A DNA stretch of 64,000 bases, taken from assembly GCA_041697335.1 (NCBI GenBank), contig JBGUGD010000039.1:64001-128000 (forward strand). Direction: 5' to 3'. Position numbers and translations under genes: made by a program. The DNA comes from Vampirovibrionaceae bacterium NZW_1234. Its GTDB lineage: Bacteria; Cyanobacteriota; Vampirovibrionia; Vampirovibrionales; JAGQHJ01. This document shows, piece by piece, positions 18,828 through 29,651 of this stretch (the stretch's first letter is position 1; each line of letters begins with the position of its first letter). The notes below the pieces were generated by a model. The model saw nothing but the letters and a program-made list of their open reading frames with translations, did no database searches and was not told where the DNA came from.

Positions 18828-19574
18828 ATGCGCCTTTCGTCTTCTCCCGTAAGCCCTAATGTTCAGACCAAACCAGGATTTGGTTACGCTGCTATGTATC
18901 CATCCTATGGTTATGGTCCAGCCATGCCGTATCCTGCACAGTCTTCCTATCCTCAAATTTATTATCCACAACCTTACTGGCAGACCGGCTGGCCTCAATC
19001 GCCACCAACTTCACGCATACCCTCTTGGAATTCGTCAGGGCCTTTTGAGTCAGCTCACTCTCAAATCGAGCACAACCATGCGGATAATACACCACCAGGA
19101 TTACCAAACCTGCAAGAACGTTCATCGCAGGTCTGGAAACCTTTAACCGATGGCGAACCTCAGCCATCGGGTACGGCATCCAAAACATCGGACATAAAAA
19201 CCAAGACTCACTCAAGCGATGTTACACCAGCAACCACAACCAACGACCCTGATAAAGCTCAGTTTCTAGAATTGGCAGGCCAACTCTATGATCAGCCTGA
19301 GGTTCGTCGATTGCTTACCCCAGAAGCGGTCAAGAAACTGAAAACAGCCATCCAAAATCCTCTTCAGCTTCGTCAAGACATTATCGGCATTTTAGGACAG
19401 ACTCCTAAAGGCCAAGAAGTTCTAAGCCGCTTTAAGACAGCCCTTGGGGCCAGCCCCATGGCTACAAAATTGATGGAAAAAACTCTGAATTGGGTTGTTC
19501 CAACTCAATACAAAGATCTGGTTCAAGGCTTCTTTTCTCAGATCAGAAGCCCGAGTGCCGCTATAGCCCCATAA
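18828..19574 (+). CDS. Hypothetical protein with Pro/Tyr-rich N-terminus
   Basis: 248-aa ORF, GAGGGA RBS. Confidence 0.7.
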   Translation: MRLSSSPVSPNVQTKPGFGYAAMYPSYGYGPAMPYPAQSSYPQIYYPQPYWQTGWPQSPPTSRIPSWNSSGPFESAHSQIEHNHADNTPPGLPNLQERSSQVWKPLTDGEPQPSGTASKTSDIKTKTHSSDVTPATTTNDPDKAQFLELAGQLYDQPEVRRLLTPEAVKKLKTAIQNPLQLRQDIIGILGQTPKGQEVLSRFKTALGASPMATKLMEKTLNWVVPTQYKDLVQGFFSQIRSPSAAIAP

Positions 19575-19586
19575 GAGACCCTGGCC

Positions 19587-22514
19587 TTAAGTTCCTGTGG
19601 TCCCTACAGTGACTTGCATCAGACCATTCTTCAAAATTCGAGCATAGTCAGCAAAGCTTAACAGATCATTTCGCCAGTTTTGGTAGGTTGCCAGCAGCCC
19701 ATTCGTGCTGAAATCGGAGCGTCGCTTGTCACCAAAATGCTGGTTAATCGCATCCTCATAGGTTGCTCTAGCACCCGGGTTAGCCCAACGATAGGTGTAT
19801 CCGGCATATCCGGTTGAACGCACCGCTTTAGAAGCGTCCGTAACCGTCATATGAATATCCATAAAGTCACTGTTGCCCTGGAAGATTTGCTCGGCGCCAG
19901 CTCCTGATATCTTAAGCTGACTACCATCATAAACAACCGTGTAGGTCACGGTATCACCATCATCGTTGGTAGCCGTATATTTGTATTCCCGAGAGACTTG
20001 CATTGGAACAAACTGGCCGTTTTCTTCAATATGTGGCACTGTGTCGTTGCCATTTCGAGCCGCAGCCGGTGTATGCACAAAGTGAGCAGGATCTTCATAG
20101 CGCTCCCAAACAATGCGTTTGGAAATCTGATTGCCAGCAGCATCTTTACCCAGATCCAATACCGCACCCATTGCTTTGGTTACAGTGCTTGTACCCCAGG
20201 TGGCTGTTTCACGGTTATCTACAACCGTTCTAATACCGACAGAACCATCGAGCCTATCTGTCATTGCGTAGAAAACGGCTGGCCCCACACTATAATCTTC
20301 GGCATAGGCACCATCGTGATAGGTAAAGTGTGGGTCACCCGTTGAGCTGATTTCAGCATAGGTAAAGGGCACATTACTGCTGATCCAGTTCTGGAAATCA
20401 ACCCAATTGTCACAACCGGTAGCAAAGACATTATCTTTAGTCGATATCGAGGCCAAGCGAATCGAATTCAGCTCAGTACCTGTTGGCAAAGCACGGGTTT
20501 TCATAATCTGCCCCAAGAAACCGGTCGCATCACCACGGAAGCCTTGAGCACCGACTTTCCCAGTGAAATTGACGGTATTGCCCTTATCTTCCCAAGTATA
20601 GACACCTTTTTCGTTGGTTAAGGTCACCTTCGCATTGCCGCCCAGACCCGTCACGCGAATTACGCTGTCCTCATCCAGGCGATAGTTTCCATTAGCATCT
20701 AAATCAGCAGCAGTCAGCACTTTCTGTGTAATCGTGCCGTTGTTATTAATCCGAACAGTGACGGTATTATTCACCGCATCAATATAAACTTCGTCATCAT
20801 CATCCAGGAATGCCCCCTGTGTAGACACCGTGTTTGTGGTGTTAGCAGCATTCTGCTGGAATGCGTTAACCTGAAAATCCTTGGATGCAAACAGGTTAAT
20901 GGCACCGGTCATAGTATTACCCAAGGTCGTTGGTTCACTGAACCAACCAACCCGGGCTGCAGACGTCGCTCCGTCAAAAGAAAGCTCAAGATTTTCACTA
21001 TGAGCAGACTGGTTCTGACAGACATCGGTGCCCGTAGTTTCCCCATTGTTACTGACGATAGCAAAACCATCCACAGCACCATTACAGCCATTTACATAGG
21101 TTTGCCAATTAACGGCTTTCGCACCCGCTTCCATCACCATGGCCCGCAAGGCGTTTTGATCCGGCGCTTGCCCCTTAAGCAGGGCATGTCCAACCACACC
21201 ACTAACTTTGCCTTTGATACCACCGGTCAGTTGGCTCGATACTTTAAAGAAATCCCCTTGATCTTCAAAGACCAGACGTTGCTCTTCATCCTGGAAGATT
21301 AAGTTACCATTTTGAATCGTGACCGTATGACCACTGGAAAGCGTTCTGGTTTCATTAGCACCCAACGTAATAATTTGGCCATTGTCTTCAATACTATAGC
21401 GGTTTTGAGCTGCGTCCCCATGAATCACGATACCTTTATCAATTAAATCCAGTTTAGTAATTACCTTATTCGCTTGGCCTGCTACAGTCCCTTGGGTGGC
21501 ATTAAGTTGAAAATCTTTGTAGGAGAGCAGATTAATGGGCCCTTGTAAGCGAGGATCAAACTGCAACGGCTTACCTGTCAACCAACCTACACTTAAAGTA
21601 TTATTACTAGTCACTTCCCAGGTTACACCAGCACCTTGCAGCGGATCATCGGCACAGGCATCTGCAGGTGGTAGGGGCGGAGCTGGAGGCTGTGGTGGTA
21701 GACACACACCCGGTGAAGGAGCAGGTTGAGGTTTAGGAGCACAAAGACCCGTGGGCATCGGAGGCGGACAAACCCCGGTAGGAATCGGGGGATTACAAGT
21801 GCCAGGCAGAACTAAAGGTGACCAGAAACCACCGTTACCCCCCAAAAAGTAATTATTAGTTATATGTTGGGTAATATTGTTGACCAGATTTCCAACCCGG
21901 CCGTAGTTATTCCCCATTCCTCCGCCACCACCTGTGGAGGAACCACCAAAGAGCGACTTCAGGAAAAACATTTCCATCAACCCGGACATATCAAATGATG
22001 GTCTGCTTCCACCCGGGAAGTACACAGGTTTCTCAATATATATGGGTTGAGGTACCGGAACAGGGACAGGATAGTATTGCGGAGGCAATGGCCGTGGCGG
22101 AGGCGCCTGAACAGGCGCCGGAGCCGGAGCAGGGGGAACTGGTCCAGGAAACCCAGGATTTAAACCAAAATCAGGAAATGGATTTTGTGGAAAAAAGCCT
22201 GGAGGGGGTTGGTCGGTATAGTAATTACCGTAACCATTGGCAAAGGGATCTTCTATTGGGGATTGATAACCCATGTCCCCAATCGGCTCAAAGTTGAGTC
22301 GACCAAAATCAGAATTCATCCCGTAGAAACCAGTTGCCTGAACCGGGCTCCAATCAGACTCAAAGTTCGGCACCCAAGTCGGACTGGTTTTTCCTTGTAC
22401 CCACCCCTCGGCGAACACGTGGATTCGCTCATTTGGATTAAGGGAAGGCGGAATATACCAGGAGCTCTGGGACACCTGTCCTATAGGTCCAATATTTGTC
22501 CGATTAACAGACAT
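19587..22514 (-). CDS. Large Pro-rich protein with repeated VWD-like beta domains and a GDPH motif
   Basis: 975 aa; two related repeats (VGW....G.INL...KDFQ.NA.Q) and a third domain starting SSTGDPHF. Confidence 0.8.
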   Translation of the reverse strand: MSVNRTNIGPIGQVSQSSWYIPPSLNPNERIHVFAEGWVQGKTSPTWVPNFESDWSPVQATGFYGMNSDFGRLNFEPIGDMGYQSPIEDPFANGYGNYYTDQPPPGFFPQNPFPDFGLNPGFPGPVPPAPAPAPVQAPPPRPLPPQYYPVPVPVPQPIYIEKPVYFPGGSRPSFDMSGLMEMFFLKSLFGGSSTGGGGGMGNNYGRVGNLVNNITQHITNNYFLGGNGGFWSPLVLPGTCNPPIPTGVCPPPMPTGLCAPKPQPAPSPGVCLPPQPPAPPLPPADACADDPLQGAGVTWEVTSNNTLSVGWLTGKPLQFDPRLQGPINLLSYKDFQLNATQGTVAGQANKVITKLDLIDKGIVIHGDAAQNRYSIEDNGQIITLGANETRTLSSGHTVTIQNGNLIFQDEEQRLVFEDQGDFFKVSSQLTGGIKGKVSGVVGHALLKGQAPDQNALRAMVMEAGAKAVNWQTYVNGCNGAVDGFAIVSNNGETTGTDVCQNQSAHSENLELSFDGATSAARVGWFSEPTTLGNTMTGAINLFASKDFQVNAFQQNAANTTNTVSTQGAFLDDDDEVYIDAVNNTVTVRINNNGTITQKVLTAADLDANGNYRLDEDSVIRVTGLGGNAKVTLTNEKGVYTWEDKGNTVNFTGKVGAQGFRGDATGFLGQIMKTRALPTGTELNSIRLASISTKDNVFATGCDNWVDFQNWISSNVPFTYAEISSTGDPHFTYHDGAYAEDYSVGPAVFYAMTDRLDGSVGIRTVVDNRETATWGTSTVTKAMGAVLDLGKDAAGNQISKRIVWERYEDPAHFVHTPAAARNGNDTVPHIEENGQFVPMQVSREYKYTATNDDGDTVTYTVVYDGSQLKISGAGAEQIFQGNSDFMDIHMTVTDASKAVRSTGYAGYTYRWANPGARATYEDAINQHFGDKRRSDFSTNGLLATYQNWRNDLLSFADYARILKNGLMQVTVGTTGT

Positions 22515-22839
22515 GAGACACACACACTCCAGTAAATTACCATTTCGTAATAAAATAAAAACGCAAAGAGATATTAAATTGCCATATTAAAGACATAATA
22601 ATGTTTTTTGTTACATTTAGCAACATTCGTAATAAAATACGGAGTAAATCAAGACCTTAAGTCTCAAAATCAAATCAAATATCCCCGTCACAAACCGAAA
22701 CAAAGTATATCTTGTTTAAATCCAAATATCCGCCTTAAAAGACGCAAAACATGAAACCTACTTAAATATTGCTTCATGCCTTGTGGGCATCATTCAAGAT
22801 AAACCGCTATCCAAGAAAACAATAGCGCCTTTTATGGCT

Positions 22840-23919
22840 TTAAAACTGGAATGGAGCCTCAAACACCCCATGCTCGGTAATAATGCCCGTGATGAGATCA
22901 GCAGGAGTGACATCAAAGGCAGGATTATAAAACTGGACGCCTTCTGGACAAATAGCCTGTTCGTGGATGGTCCCTATTTCTTGGCCATCACGCTCTTCAA
23001 TGGGAATTAACTCACCCGAAGCCAAAGAAGCATCAATCGTCGAAGAGGGAGCAGCCACATAAAAGGGAACCTGGTGAGCCTTTGCTGCCAAAGCCAGTAA
23101 ATAGGTCCCGATTTTATTGGCCACATCACCATTGGCAGCAATCCGATCGGCCCCAACAATCACGAGATCTACACGCCCTTGTTTCATAAGCCAAGCCGAC
23201 ATATTATCCGAGATCAAGGTCACCGGAATACCCTCCTGCACCATTTCCCAGGTAGTCAGACGAGCTCCCTGCAATCGAGGCCGTGTTTCATCGGCATAAA
23301 CTTGAATCGAGGCGTCTTTGGCAAAAGCAGCACGAACGACCCCAAGCGCTGTACCATAGCCAGCCGTAGCCAATGCTCCGGCATTACAATGGGTTAATAT
23401 CCGGGCTCCCTGTGGCACTAATGCGGCCCCATGTCGACCGATAGCCCGACACATGGCTACATCCTCTTCAAAAATCGCATTGGCCTCAGCCGTAACACGC
23501 TGAGTCAATTCCAATACGGATGGTCCTTCAAAAGATTGGATAACCTTCAACAACCGATCCACAGCCCATTGAAGATTCACAGCCGTGGGACGCGCCATCG
23601 CAAGATGATGAGCGTCTCTAGCCAAAGCACCTTTGAACGCGGTCATATCGTCTTGAAGCGTCTTTTGATGATAACGGGCGCTTAAAACCAACCCATATGC
23701 ACCAGCAACACCGATGGCTGGAGCGCCCCGAACGATCATGGTCTGTATGGCAGAGACCATCTCCGACACGGTATCAACCGACACATAGTGTACCGACTGA
23801 GGAAGGGCCGTCTGATCCAAGAGAATAACGGCTTCATCCGTCAATCGAACAGCTTGGACCGCAGAACCCACAGGAAGCGAGCCCGGACTGTCTGAAAATG
23901 TGACGGCGGATGATGTCAT
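22840..23919 (-). CDS. mtnA: S-methyl-5-thioribose-1-phosphate isomerase
   Basis: LLDQTALP, VRGAPAIG, RPTAVNL, THCNAGALAT, ETRPRLQG, NKIGTY, NPAFDVTP. Confidence 0.97.
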   Translation of the reverse strand: MTSSAVTFSDSPGSLPVGSAVQAVRLTDEAVILLDQTALPQSVHYVSVDTVSEMVSAIQTMIVRGAPAIGVAGAYGLVLSARYHQKTLQDDMTAFKGALARDAHHLAMARPTAVNLQWAVDRLLKVIQSFEGPSVLELTQRVTAEANAIFEEDVAMCRAIGRHGAALVPQGARILTHCNAGALATAGYGTALGVVRAAFAKDASIQVYADETRPRLQGARLTTWEMVQEGIPVTLISDNMSAWLMKQGRVDLVIVGADRIAANGDVANKIGTYLLALAAKAHQVPFYVAAPSSTIDASLASGELIPIEERDGQEIGTIHEQAICPEGVQFYNPAFDVTPADLITGIITEHGVFEAPFQF

Positions 23920-23936
23920 GCGGACACGGACAAGCC

Positions 23937-25226
23937 TTATTTCTTGCGTCCCAGGAAATCAGGCAAATCCAGCAAACGGCGAGCGGCTTCTTGGATCGCT
24001 GGTGGTGGCTCCTTCTCGTATAAAGCCGATTTATTCAACTTATCGTCTACTTTCTGAGCCAAAGCATTTGAAGGATTCTGGGGTACAGCAGCTCCGTAAA
24101 CGCCCGGTGTTCCGGGTACCATACCTTGAGGCCACAACCCAGGTGCATTCTGAAAGGGAATATTGACCCCATGTTCACGTCCGGCAGCAGCACGGGCTTT
24201 CAGCTCAAACCCAGTCGCAATAACGGTAATCTGGATTTCACCTTGAATACGCTCATCAATAACAGCACCAAAGATGATATTGGCATCTTTATCAACGGCT
24301 TCGTAAATCACTTCAGCCGCTTCATTGACCTCATGCAACGTCATATCGGCACCACCCGTTACATTGAAGATCACGCCGCTGGCACCTTCAATAGATGTCT
24401 CCAGCAAGGGTGAATTCACAGCCATACGAGCGGCTTCCAGAGCGCGACCTTCGCCTGAGCCAATGCCAATCCCCATAATGGCAGAACCTGCCATACTCAT
24501 CACGGCCTTAACATCAGCGAAGTCAACGTTAATCAAGCCAGGAACAGTAATAATATTGGAAATACCCTGAACCCCACGCTGCAATACTTCATCAGCAATG
24601 CGGAAGGCTTCCTGCATGGAGGTGCGACGTTCAACCACTTCCAGAAGCTTGTCATTCGGGATCACAATCAAGGTATCAACAGCTTCACGTAAGCACTCCA
24701 GACCTTGAAGAGCCTGTTGTTGACGACGACGACCTTCAAAAGTGAACGGTTTGGTCACCACGCCCACAGTCAATGCTCCAATATCACGAGCCACCTCTGC
24801 AACAATGGCAGCGGCACCGGTTCCGGTCCCTCCACCCATACCGGCAGTAATAAAGACCATATCAGCGCCTTCTAAGGCTGCCATAATATCATCGCGGCTC
24901 TCTTCTGCAGCTTTTTGCCCGATTGCAGGATTCCCACCGGCGCCAAGGCCACGGGTAATTTTCTGCCCCAACTGAACCCGATGCGGTGTGGAGGCTGTAT
25001 CAATCACTTGCGAGTCTGTATTCATGACCCAAAAATCAATTCCAGTTAAACCACTGGCAATCATTCGGTTAACAGCATTACTGCCACCGCCACCAACACC
25101 AACAACCTTAATGACAGCTTTCGATTGGCTCATCTGAGGCGCAGCACCCTGATTCAGCGTCCGAAATAGCGGATTGTCATTATACTCTTGGTGCTCAAAT
25201 TGCTGCCCTTCGAAATTGTCCATCAT
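23937..25226 (-). CDS. ftsZ: Cell division protein FtsZ
   Basis: [22 protein letters not shown]-terminal DLPDFL peptide. Confidence 0.99.
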   Translation of the reverse strand: MMDNFEGQQFEHQEYNDNPLFRTLNQGAAPQMSQSKAVIKVVGVGGGGSNAVNRMIASGLTGIDFWVMNTDSQVIDTASTPHRVQLGQKITRGLGAGGNPAIGQKAAEESRDDIMAALEGADMVFITAGMGGGTGTGAAAIVAEVARDIGALTVGVVTKPFTFEGRRRQQQALQGLECLREAVDTLIVIPNDKLLEVVERRTSMQEAFRIADEVLQRGVQGISNIITVPGLINVDFADVKAVMSMAGSAIMGIGIGSGEGRALEAARMAVNSPLLETSIEGASGVIFNVTGGADMTLHEVNEAAEVIYEAVDKDANIIFGAVIDERIQGEIQITVIATGFELKARAAAGREHGVNIPFQNAPGLWPQGMVPGTPGVYGAAVPQNPSNALAQKVDDKLNKSALYEKEPPPAIQEAARRLLDLPDFLGRKK

Positions 25227-25310
25227 GTCGCATCCCTTTGTTTCTTTTTCTAAAACGCTATGTACTTATGCGCAATAGCAGTAGTCTAGCCTCTTTGGCC
25301 CTATTATTGA

Positions 25311-25667
25311 TTAAAACTGAAGCTTTGAAAAGAACTTTTGAGAAATGTAAGCAAGATTGCTAAACAATTTGATCCCAAACACAATAAACAAGGCAATATA
25401 AAGGTCAATGCGCATCAAATGACCAATAGTCAGCAGAAAATAAGCAAACAACAGGTTAAAAAAGTAGGTCAACATCATCGAGCGCAAGCTAAACTTCCCG
25501 CTTAAAAACTGCGACGTCCCCTCAACAAGGAGATCCAAGGTAATAATCAGCCCAACGGCAATAAACACCGAAAGATCTTCCGTAATCGAAAAACTTAGCG
25601 TGTTGGCCAGGACAATCCCACAGATCAGTCCTACCACCGGCATCAAAAAGAACCAAATCATTTTCAT
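25311..25667 (-). CDS. DUF1290 (Sbp-like) membrane protein
   Basis: P..GL..GI, ..LD....G....L...F, G..M.IDLY.A..VFG.KLF.NL pattern; next to DUF881. Confidence 0.75.
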   Translation of the reverse strand: MKMIWFFLMPVVGLICGIVLANTLSFSITEDLSVFIAVGLIITLDLLVEGTSQFLSGKFSLRSMMLTYFFNLLFAYFLLTIGHLMRIDLYIALFIVFGIKLFSNLAYISQKFFSKLQF

Positions 25668-25720
25668 AGGGGCGATTATACGAGGAGGATCGTCAAATGA
25701 CAATGAAGCATCACAAGCAG

Positions 25721-26431
25721 CTATGACGAGGAAGCGAGATTGGGAGCAGCAGCAGGAATGGCAACCTTAGCTTTCATCACTTTTGTCTCAATACCGTATT
25801 TTGAAAGACTCTTAACAAAACTTGTAGGGCGATTCAAATAAGCAGAAATCTTTTCCGGGTTTCCTAGTGCCTGCACCTTAAATGGAGAGGCAACCCGAGT
25901 ACCATTAATAACAATAATAGGTCCGGAGCAGTTGATCCCCGTCATTGAGGTAACAGGCTGGCCATTAATGGCAACGGCTGTAGCGCCAGCGGCCCTCAAA
26001 TCGTTGACCACTTCAGCTAAATCTGTATTATGCACAATCCCAACATTCGGATCGTCCCCCAACAATAAGGGTTTACTGCTATCTTTAACCAGAACTTCAA
26101 CCCCAGGACCCTCTTGCGGCACAAGACCTATAAATTTAGAGAGCTGCTGAATAGTTTCCTGATGGGCTCTCGAGTAGCGCCCCGAAGCTTGCAAACTCAA
26201 TTCTGTAATTTCCGATTCCAAGCTGGCATTGCGGTATTCCACATGTCGCAGGCGATGAGACAGTGCCCGAGACCTCAGAATCTCGGCCGTAGAATAACGA
26301 GAGCGCGAAAATTGCTTTTCGTGTTGCACATAATACTGGGTTCCCAAAAAGCCAAACCCCAGAAAGAGCAAGAACAAGAAGAAGAAAAAAGTCTGTTTTT
26401 TGAACGGGGTCAGCCGCATACAGAACATCAT
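25721..26431 (-). CDS. DUF881 (YlxW/YlxX-like) protein
   Basis: TM helix, coiled coil, G.GV.V...D, VH..DL..VVN.L..AGA.A.AINGQ, PF.V.A.G. Confidence 0.9.
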   Translation of the reverse strand: MMFCMRLTPFKKQTFFFFLFLLFLGFGFLGTQYYVQHEKQFSRSRYSTAEILRSRALSHRLRHVEYRNASLESEITELSLQASGRYSRAHQETIQQLSKFIGLVPQEGPGVEVLVKDSSKPLLLGDDPNVGIVHNTDLAEVVNDLRAAGATAVAINGQPVTSMTGINCSGPIIVINGTRVASPFKVQALGNPEKISAYLNRPTSFVKSLSKYGIETKVMKAKVAIPAAAPNLASSS

Positions 26432-26732
26432 CCATCAATAATACTTCTCCTATTGTAGGCGATGTTATCCGGCAAAAAAAGACTTAGCGGCTCTTCCTGA
26501 AACCGGAAAATAGGTAAAGCGCACTATGCTTAAAGCCTGTTTTGCCTCAAAACAAGATAGAAACCGCACACAAAACGGCAAAGTTTACCTATTCAATCAG
26601 ACATGAAGCTCCAGAAATCATTCTTTTGCAAATTCGATTCAAGGGAAGTGGTATTTGGGTCGATTCTTTAGAGGACGTCTAATTGCATTGTAAATGGTAT
26701 AACAGTAAACAAACCCCACTGGATCTTGAGGC

Positions 26733-27635
26733 ATGGCTTCCCCAAATATCCTCGAAGAAATACTGTCCAATTTAAACCACTTGCCAGAGCTGCCTGCGGT
26801 TGCCTTGCAAGTGTATCGTCTTATGGAAGATCCTCAGACCAGTGCCCGTGACTTGGCCAAGGTCATCATGATCGACCCAGGCCTCACAACAAAAGTTCTA
26901 CGACTGTGTAACTCTGCTGAATACGGTATCCCTCGAAAAATTGCGACCATCAGTGAAGCTGTATCCATTTTGGGATACAAAGAAATCAAGCGTATTGTCT
27001 TCGTCATTATTTCTCACAGCTTCCTCAACCGACCTGTACGAGGATATGCCCTGGAAAAAGGAGAGCTTTGGGATAACGCACTGACCTGTGCCTCCTATGC
27101 TCAGCACATTGCTCGCAAAGTTCATTTTATGGACGGTGAATTGGCCTTTATTGCAGCGCTGCTTCGCGATGTCGGCAAAGTCGCTTTGGAAAGTTATATG
27201 GTGGGGCAAAGCGAACTGCTGGAAGACAACGCTCGAAAAAACAAAATTTCTTTTGCCGAAGCCGAGGAAAATGTCCTGGGTGTCAGCCATACCGAAGTCG
27301 GATCACAGTTGGCTAGCCGATGGAACTTACCTGACTCTCTGGTGACCGCCATTGCCTACCATCATACGCCTTCAAAAATGCCTGCCTCACTCAGCCCTCA
27401 AGATGTTAAGTTAACCTGTATCGTGCATCTCGCTGACGTCTTTACCATGATGACCGGTAAAGGTGTTGGCGTAGACGGATTAATGTACCCACTCGACCCA
27501 AAAGTCTTTGAAGTGCTCCCTCTGGAACCAGACTCCATGGAACTGGAAGTGCTTTATGCAGAATTGCTGAAACTGCAAGAGAAAATCAATGAAATTACTA
27601 CCTCCTTTGATGGCGTAGGGGAGGTTATTCCGTGA
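26733..27635 (+). CDS. Stand-alone HDOD domain protein
   Basis: LPELP, DPGLT.KVLRLCNSA.YG, I.EAVSILG, RDVGK, H..VG..LA..W.LP, HH.P. Confidence 0.92.
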   Translation: MASPNILEEILSNLNHLPELPAVALQVYRLMEDPQTSARDLAKVIMIDPGLTTKVLRLCNSAEYGIPRKIATISEAVSILGYKEIKRIVFVIISHSFLNRPVRGYALEKGELWDNALTCASYAQHIARKVHFMDGELAFIAALLRDVGKVALESYMVGQSELLEDNARKNKISFAEAEENVLGVSHTEVGSQLASRWNLPDSLVTAIAYHHTPSKMPASLSPQDVKLTCIVHLADVFTMMTGKGVGVDGLMYPLDPKVFEVLPLEPDSMELEVLYAELLKLQEKINEITTSFDGVGEVIP

Positions 27636-28138
27636 ATGTTCAAACCACCCGAGAGACGCTGGTCTCGGTCGGCCAGATTTATATCACCAAATACGCCAAG
27701 GAAATTGTCAAAGCCACCCGGGTTGCAACTGGCATTGTGGTAGTGGTGTACGATACCGAAGCCAAAATGGGTGGAATGGCCCATATGGCACTACCGGATA
27801 GCAAAATGTCTTACACCACGGGTGATGCTCCGGAAAAATATGTCGATCTGGCTATCCCGTTGTTTATCAAAGAACTCACCGAAAAAGGACTCATCAAAAA
27901 CGCAGCCCACTTTAAGATCATTGGGGGCTCTCAATTGTTTAATTTTGGTGGGGGCAGCGGCAATATCTTAAACATTGGAACTCGAAATGCCATTACCGCT
28001 CGCACGATGCTGACACGAGAAGGTATTCAGGTTGAAAAAACAGAAACCGGGGGCAACAAGCCTAGAACCGTAATCTTAGATATGACCTGCGGACAGATCA
28101 AAGTCTTCCATCCCGGCGAAACCCCACGAATTATCTAG
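27632..28138 (+). CDS. cheD: CheD-like protein lacking the catalytic Cys
   Basis: YD....GGMAHMALP, KYVD.AI, KIIGGSQLF, NIGTRN, TGG...R. Confidence 0.85.
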   Translation: MNVQTTRETLVSVGQIYITKYAKEIVKATRVATGIVVVVYDTEAKMGGMAHMALPDSKMSYTTGDAPEKYVDLAIPLFIKELTEKGLIKNAAHFKIIGGSQLFNFGGGSGNILNIGTRNAITARTMLTREGIQVEKTETGGNKPRTVILDMTCGQIKVFHPGETPRII

Positions 28139-28153
28139 CAAGGAAGCCAGACC

Positions 28154-29041
28154 ATGATCCACGAAACACAAATTGACGACATGATCAACACAATGGAAAC
28201 ACGCCATGAGCTTCCTCTTGTTGCCATAGAAGTTAACAAGATGCTTGATAACCCGGACGTAGAGGTTCACGAGCTGGCCAATGTCATTATGATGGATCCC
28301 TCCTTGACGATGAAGATCCTGAAACTCTGTAACTCTGCTCAATATGGGTTTTCCCGGCAAATTGCAACACTGAGCGAAGCCGTATCGATTTTAGGATATC
28401 AAACCCTCAAGCGTGTTATCTTTACCATCATTTCTCATGGGTGTCTCGATAGAGCCGTTCTGGGATATGCGCTAGAGCGGGGCGACCTCTGGGAAAACGC
28501 CATTACCTGTGCAGTGTACGCTCGAAATATCGCCCAACGACTGGAATTTAAAGATCCAGAATTAGCCTTTGTGGGTGCCTTGATACGAGATATTGGAAAA
28601 ATTGCGTTGGAAGAGCACATTGACGGCAAAGGACAAGACTTGGCCGAAACAGCCCTACAACAAAAGTCGTCCTTTAGCGACGCCGAGGAAACCATTGCAG
28701 GGGTGAGCCATACCATAGTAGGTCTCCATATCGCCCAGCGCTGGAAGCTTCCGGACTCACTTTGCCATGTCATCCGTTATCATCATCAGCCTTCGAAGTT
28801 GCCGGCAGACATCTCTCAAGACGATGCCCAACTGGTCACTATCGTTCACCTGGCAGATACCTACACAATGATGACAGGCTCAGGTCTTGGCATTGACGGG
28901 CTTATGTACCCTTTAGATTTGGAGGCGCTGAAGTTTATCAATTTAACACCAGAAAACGCCGTTTTAGAGCCGATTTACTGCGACTTACTAAAACTAAAAG
29001 AAGAAATCCATACCTTGATGTCGACGTTTTTAAACGGTTAA
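28154..29041 (+). CDS. Stand-alone HDOD domain protein, paralog
   Basis: Same motifs as 26733..27635. Confidence 0.92.
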   Translation: MIHETQIDDMINTMETRHELPLVAIEVNKMLDNPDVEVHELANVIMMDPSLTMKILKLCNSAQYGFSRQIATLSEAVSILGYQTLKRVIFTIISHGCLDRAVLGYALERGDLWENAITCAVYARNIAQRLEFKDPELAFVGALIRDIGKIALEEHIDGKGQDLAETALQQKSSFSDAEETIAGVSHTIVGLHIAQRWKLPDSLCHVIRYHHQPSKLPADISQDDAQLVTIVHLADTYTMMTGSGLGIDGLMYPLDLEALKFINLTPENAVLEPIYCDLLKLKEEIHTLMSTFLNG

Positions 29042-29062
29042 AACGTCACTCTGGCAGAAAAA

Positions 29063-29416
29063 TTATGCGGTTGCCTGCTCCGCTGCGGACATACACCGTT
29101 TCAACATTTGCAGATACAGGCGCTGCTCACCGTTCATCACAAAATCCGCAAACGTGGCAATGGGATTTTCTTGGCGCTGCTCTTCTTCATCATCCAACAG
29201 ATAAGACCATTGCTCTAAAACATCGGCCTGAAGCCAGTCATCAAAATGCTCTTCCTCAACACCCATCGCCAAGGCAGACACTTTGGCAGAACTCAGCATC
29301 ATGGCCGTCTTTTCCAGCATGACCCGATCATCATCCGTCATTTCAACTTCTTCTATTGTTTCAAACCAATCGGTTAACATGTCCGTTAACTCAGAAACAT
29401 ACAATGCATCGCTCAT
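29063..29416 (-). CDS. Acidic hypothetical protein
   Basis: 117-aa ORF filling the gap, coding-like composition. Confidence 0.6.
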   Translation of the reverse strand: MSDALYVSELTDMLTDWFETIEEVEMTDDDRVMLEKTAMMLSSAKVSALAMGVEEEHFDDWLQADVLEQWSYLLDDEEEQRQENPIATFADFVMNGEQRLYLQMLKRCMSAAEQATA

Positions 29417-29651
29417 TGAAAAACTCTTTCAAACTATCCACAACATCATCAACCAAGTCGCAAGAGGCGGCTTTGATTCCATCATAGTGGACTCTGCCAA
29501 TAGGGCAAGCCCCTGCTGACTCCAGAAGCACTCTGAACATGCCCGAAAATTAATTTCCGCGCCAAGCCCCCCCTTAAATTCTGATGCCCACCCAACCTCC
29601 CTAGGTTAAAATACAGATATTGCCCATAACACATACTAGAGAGGTTGTTCA

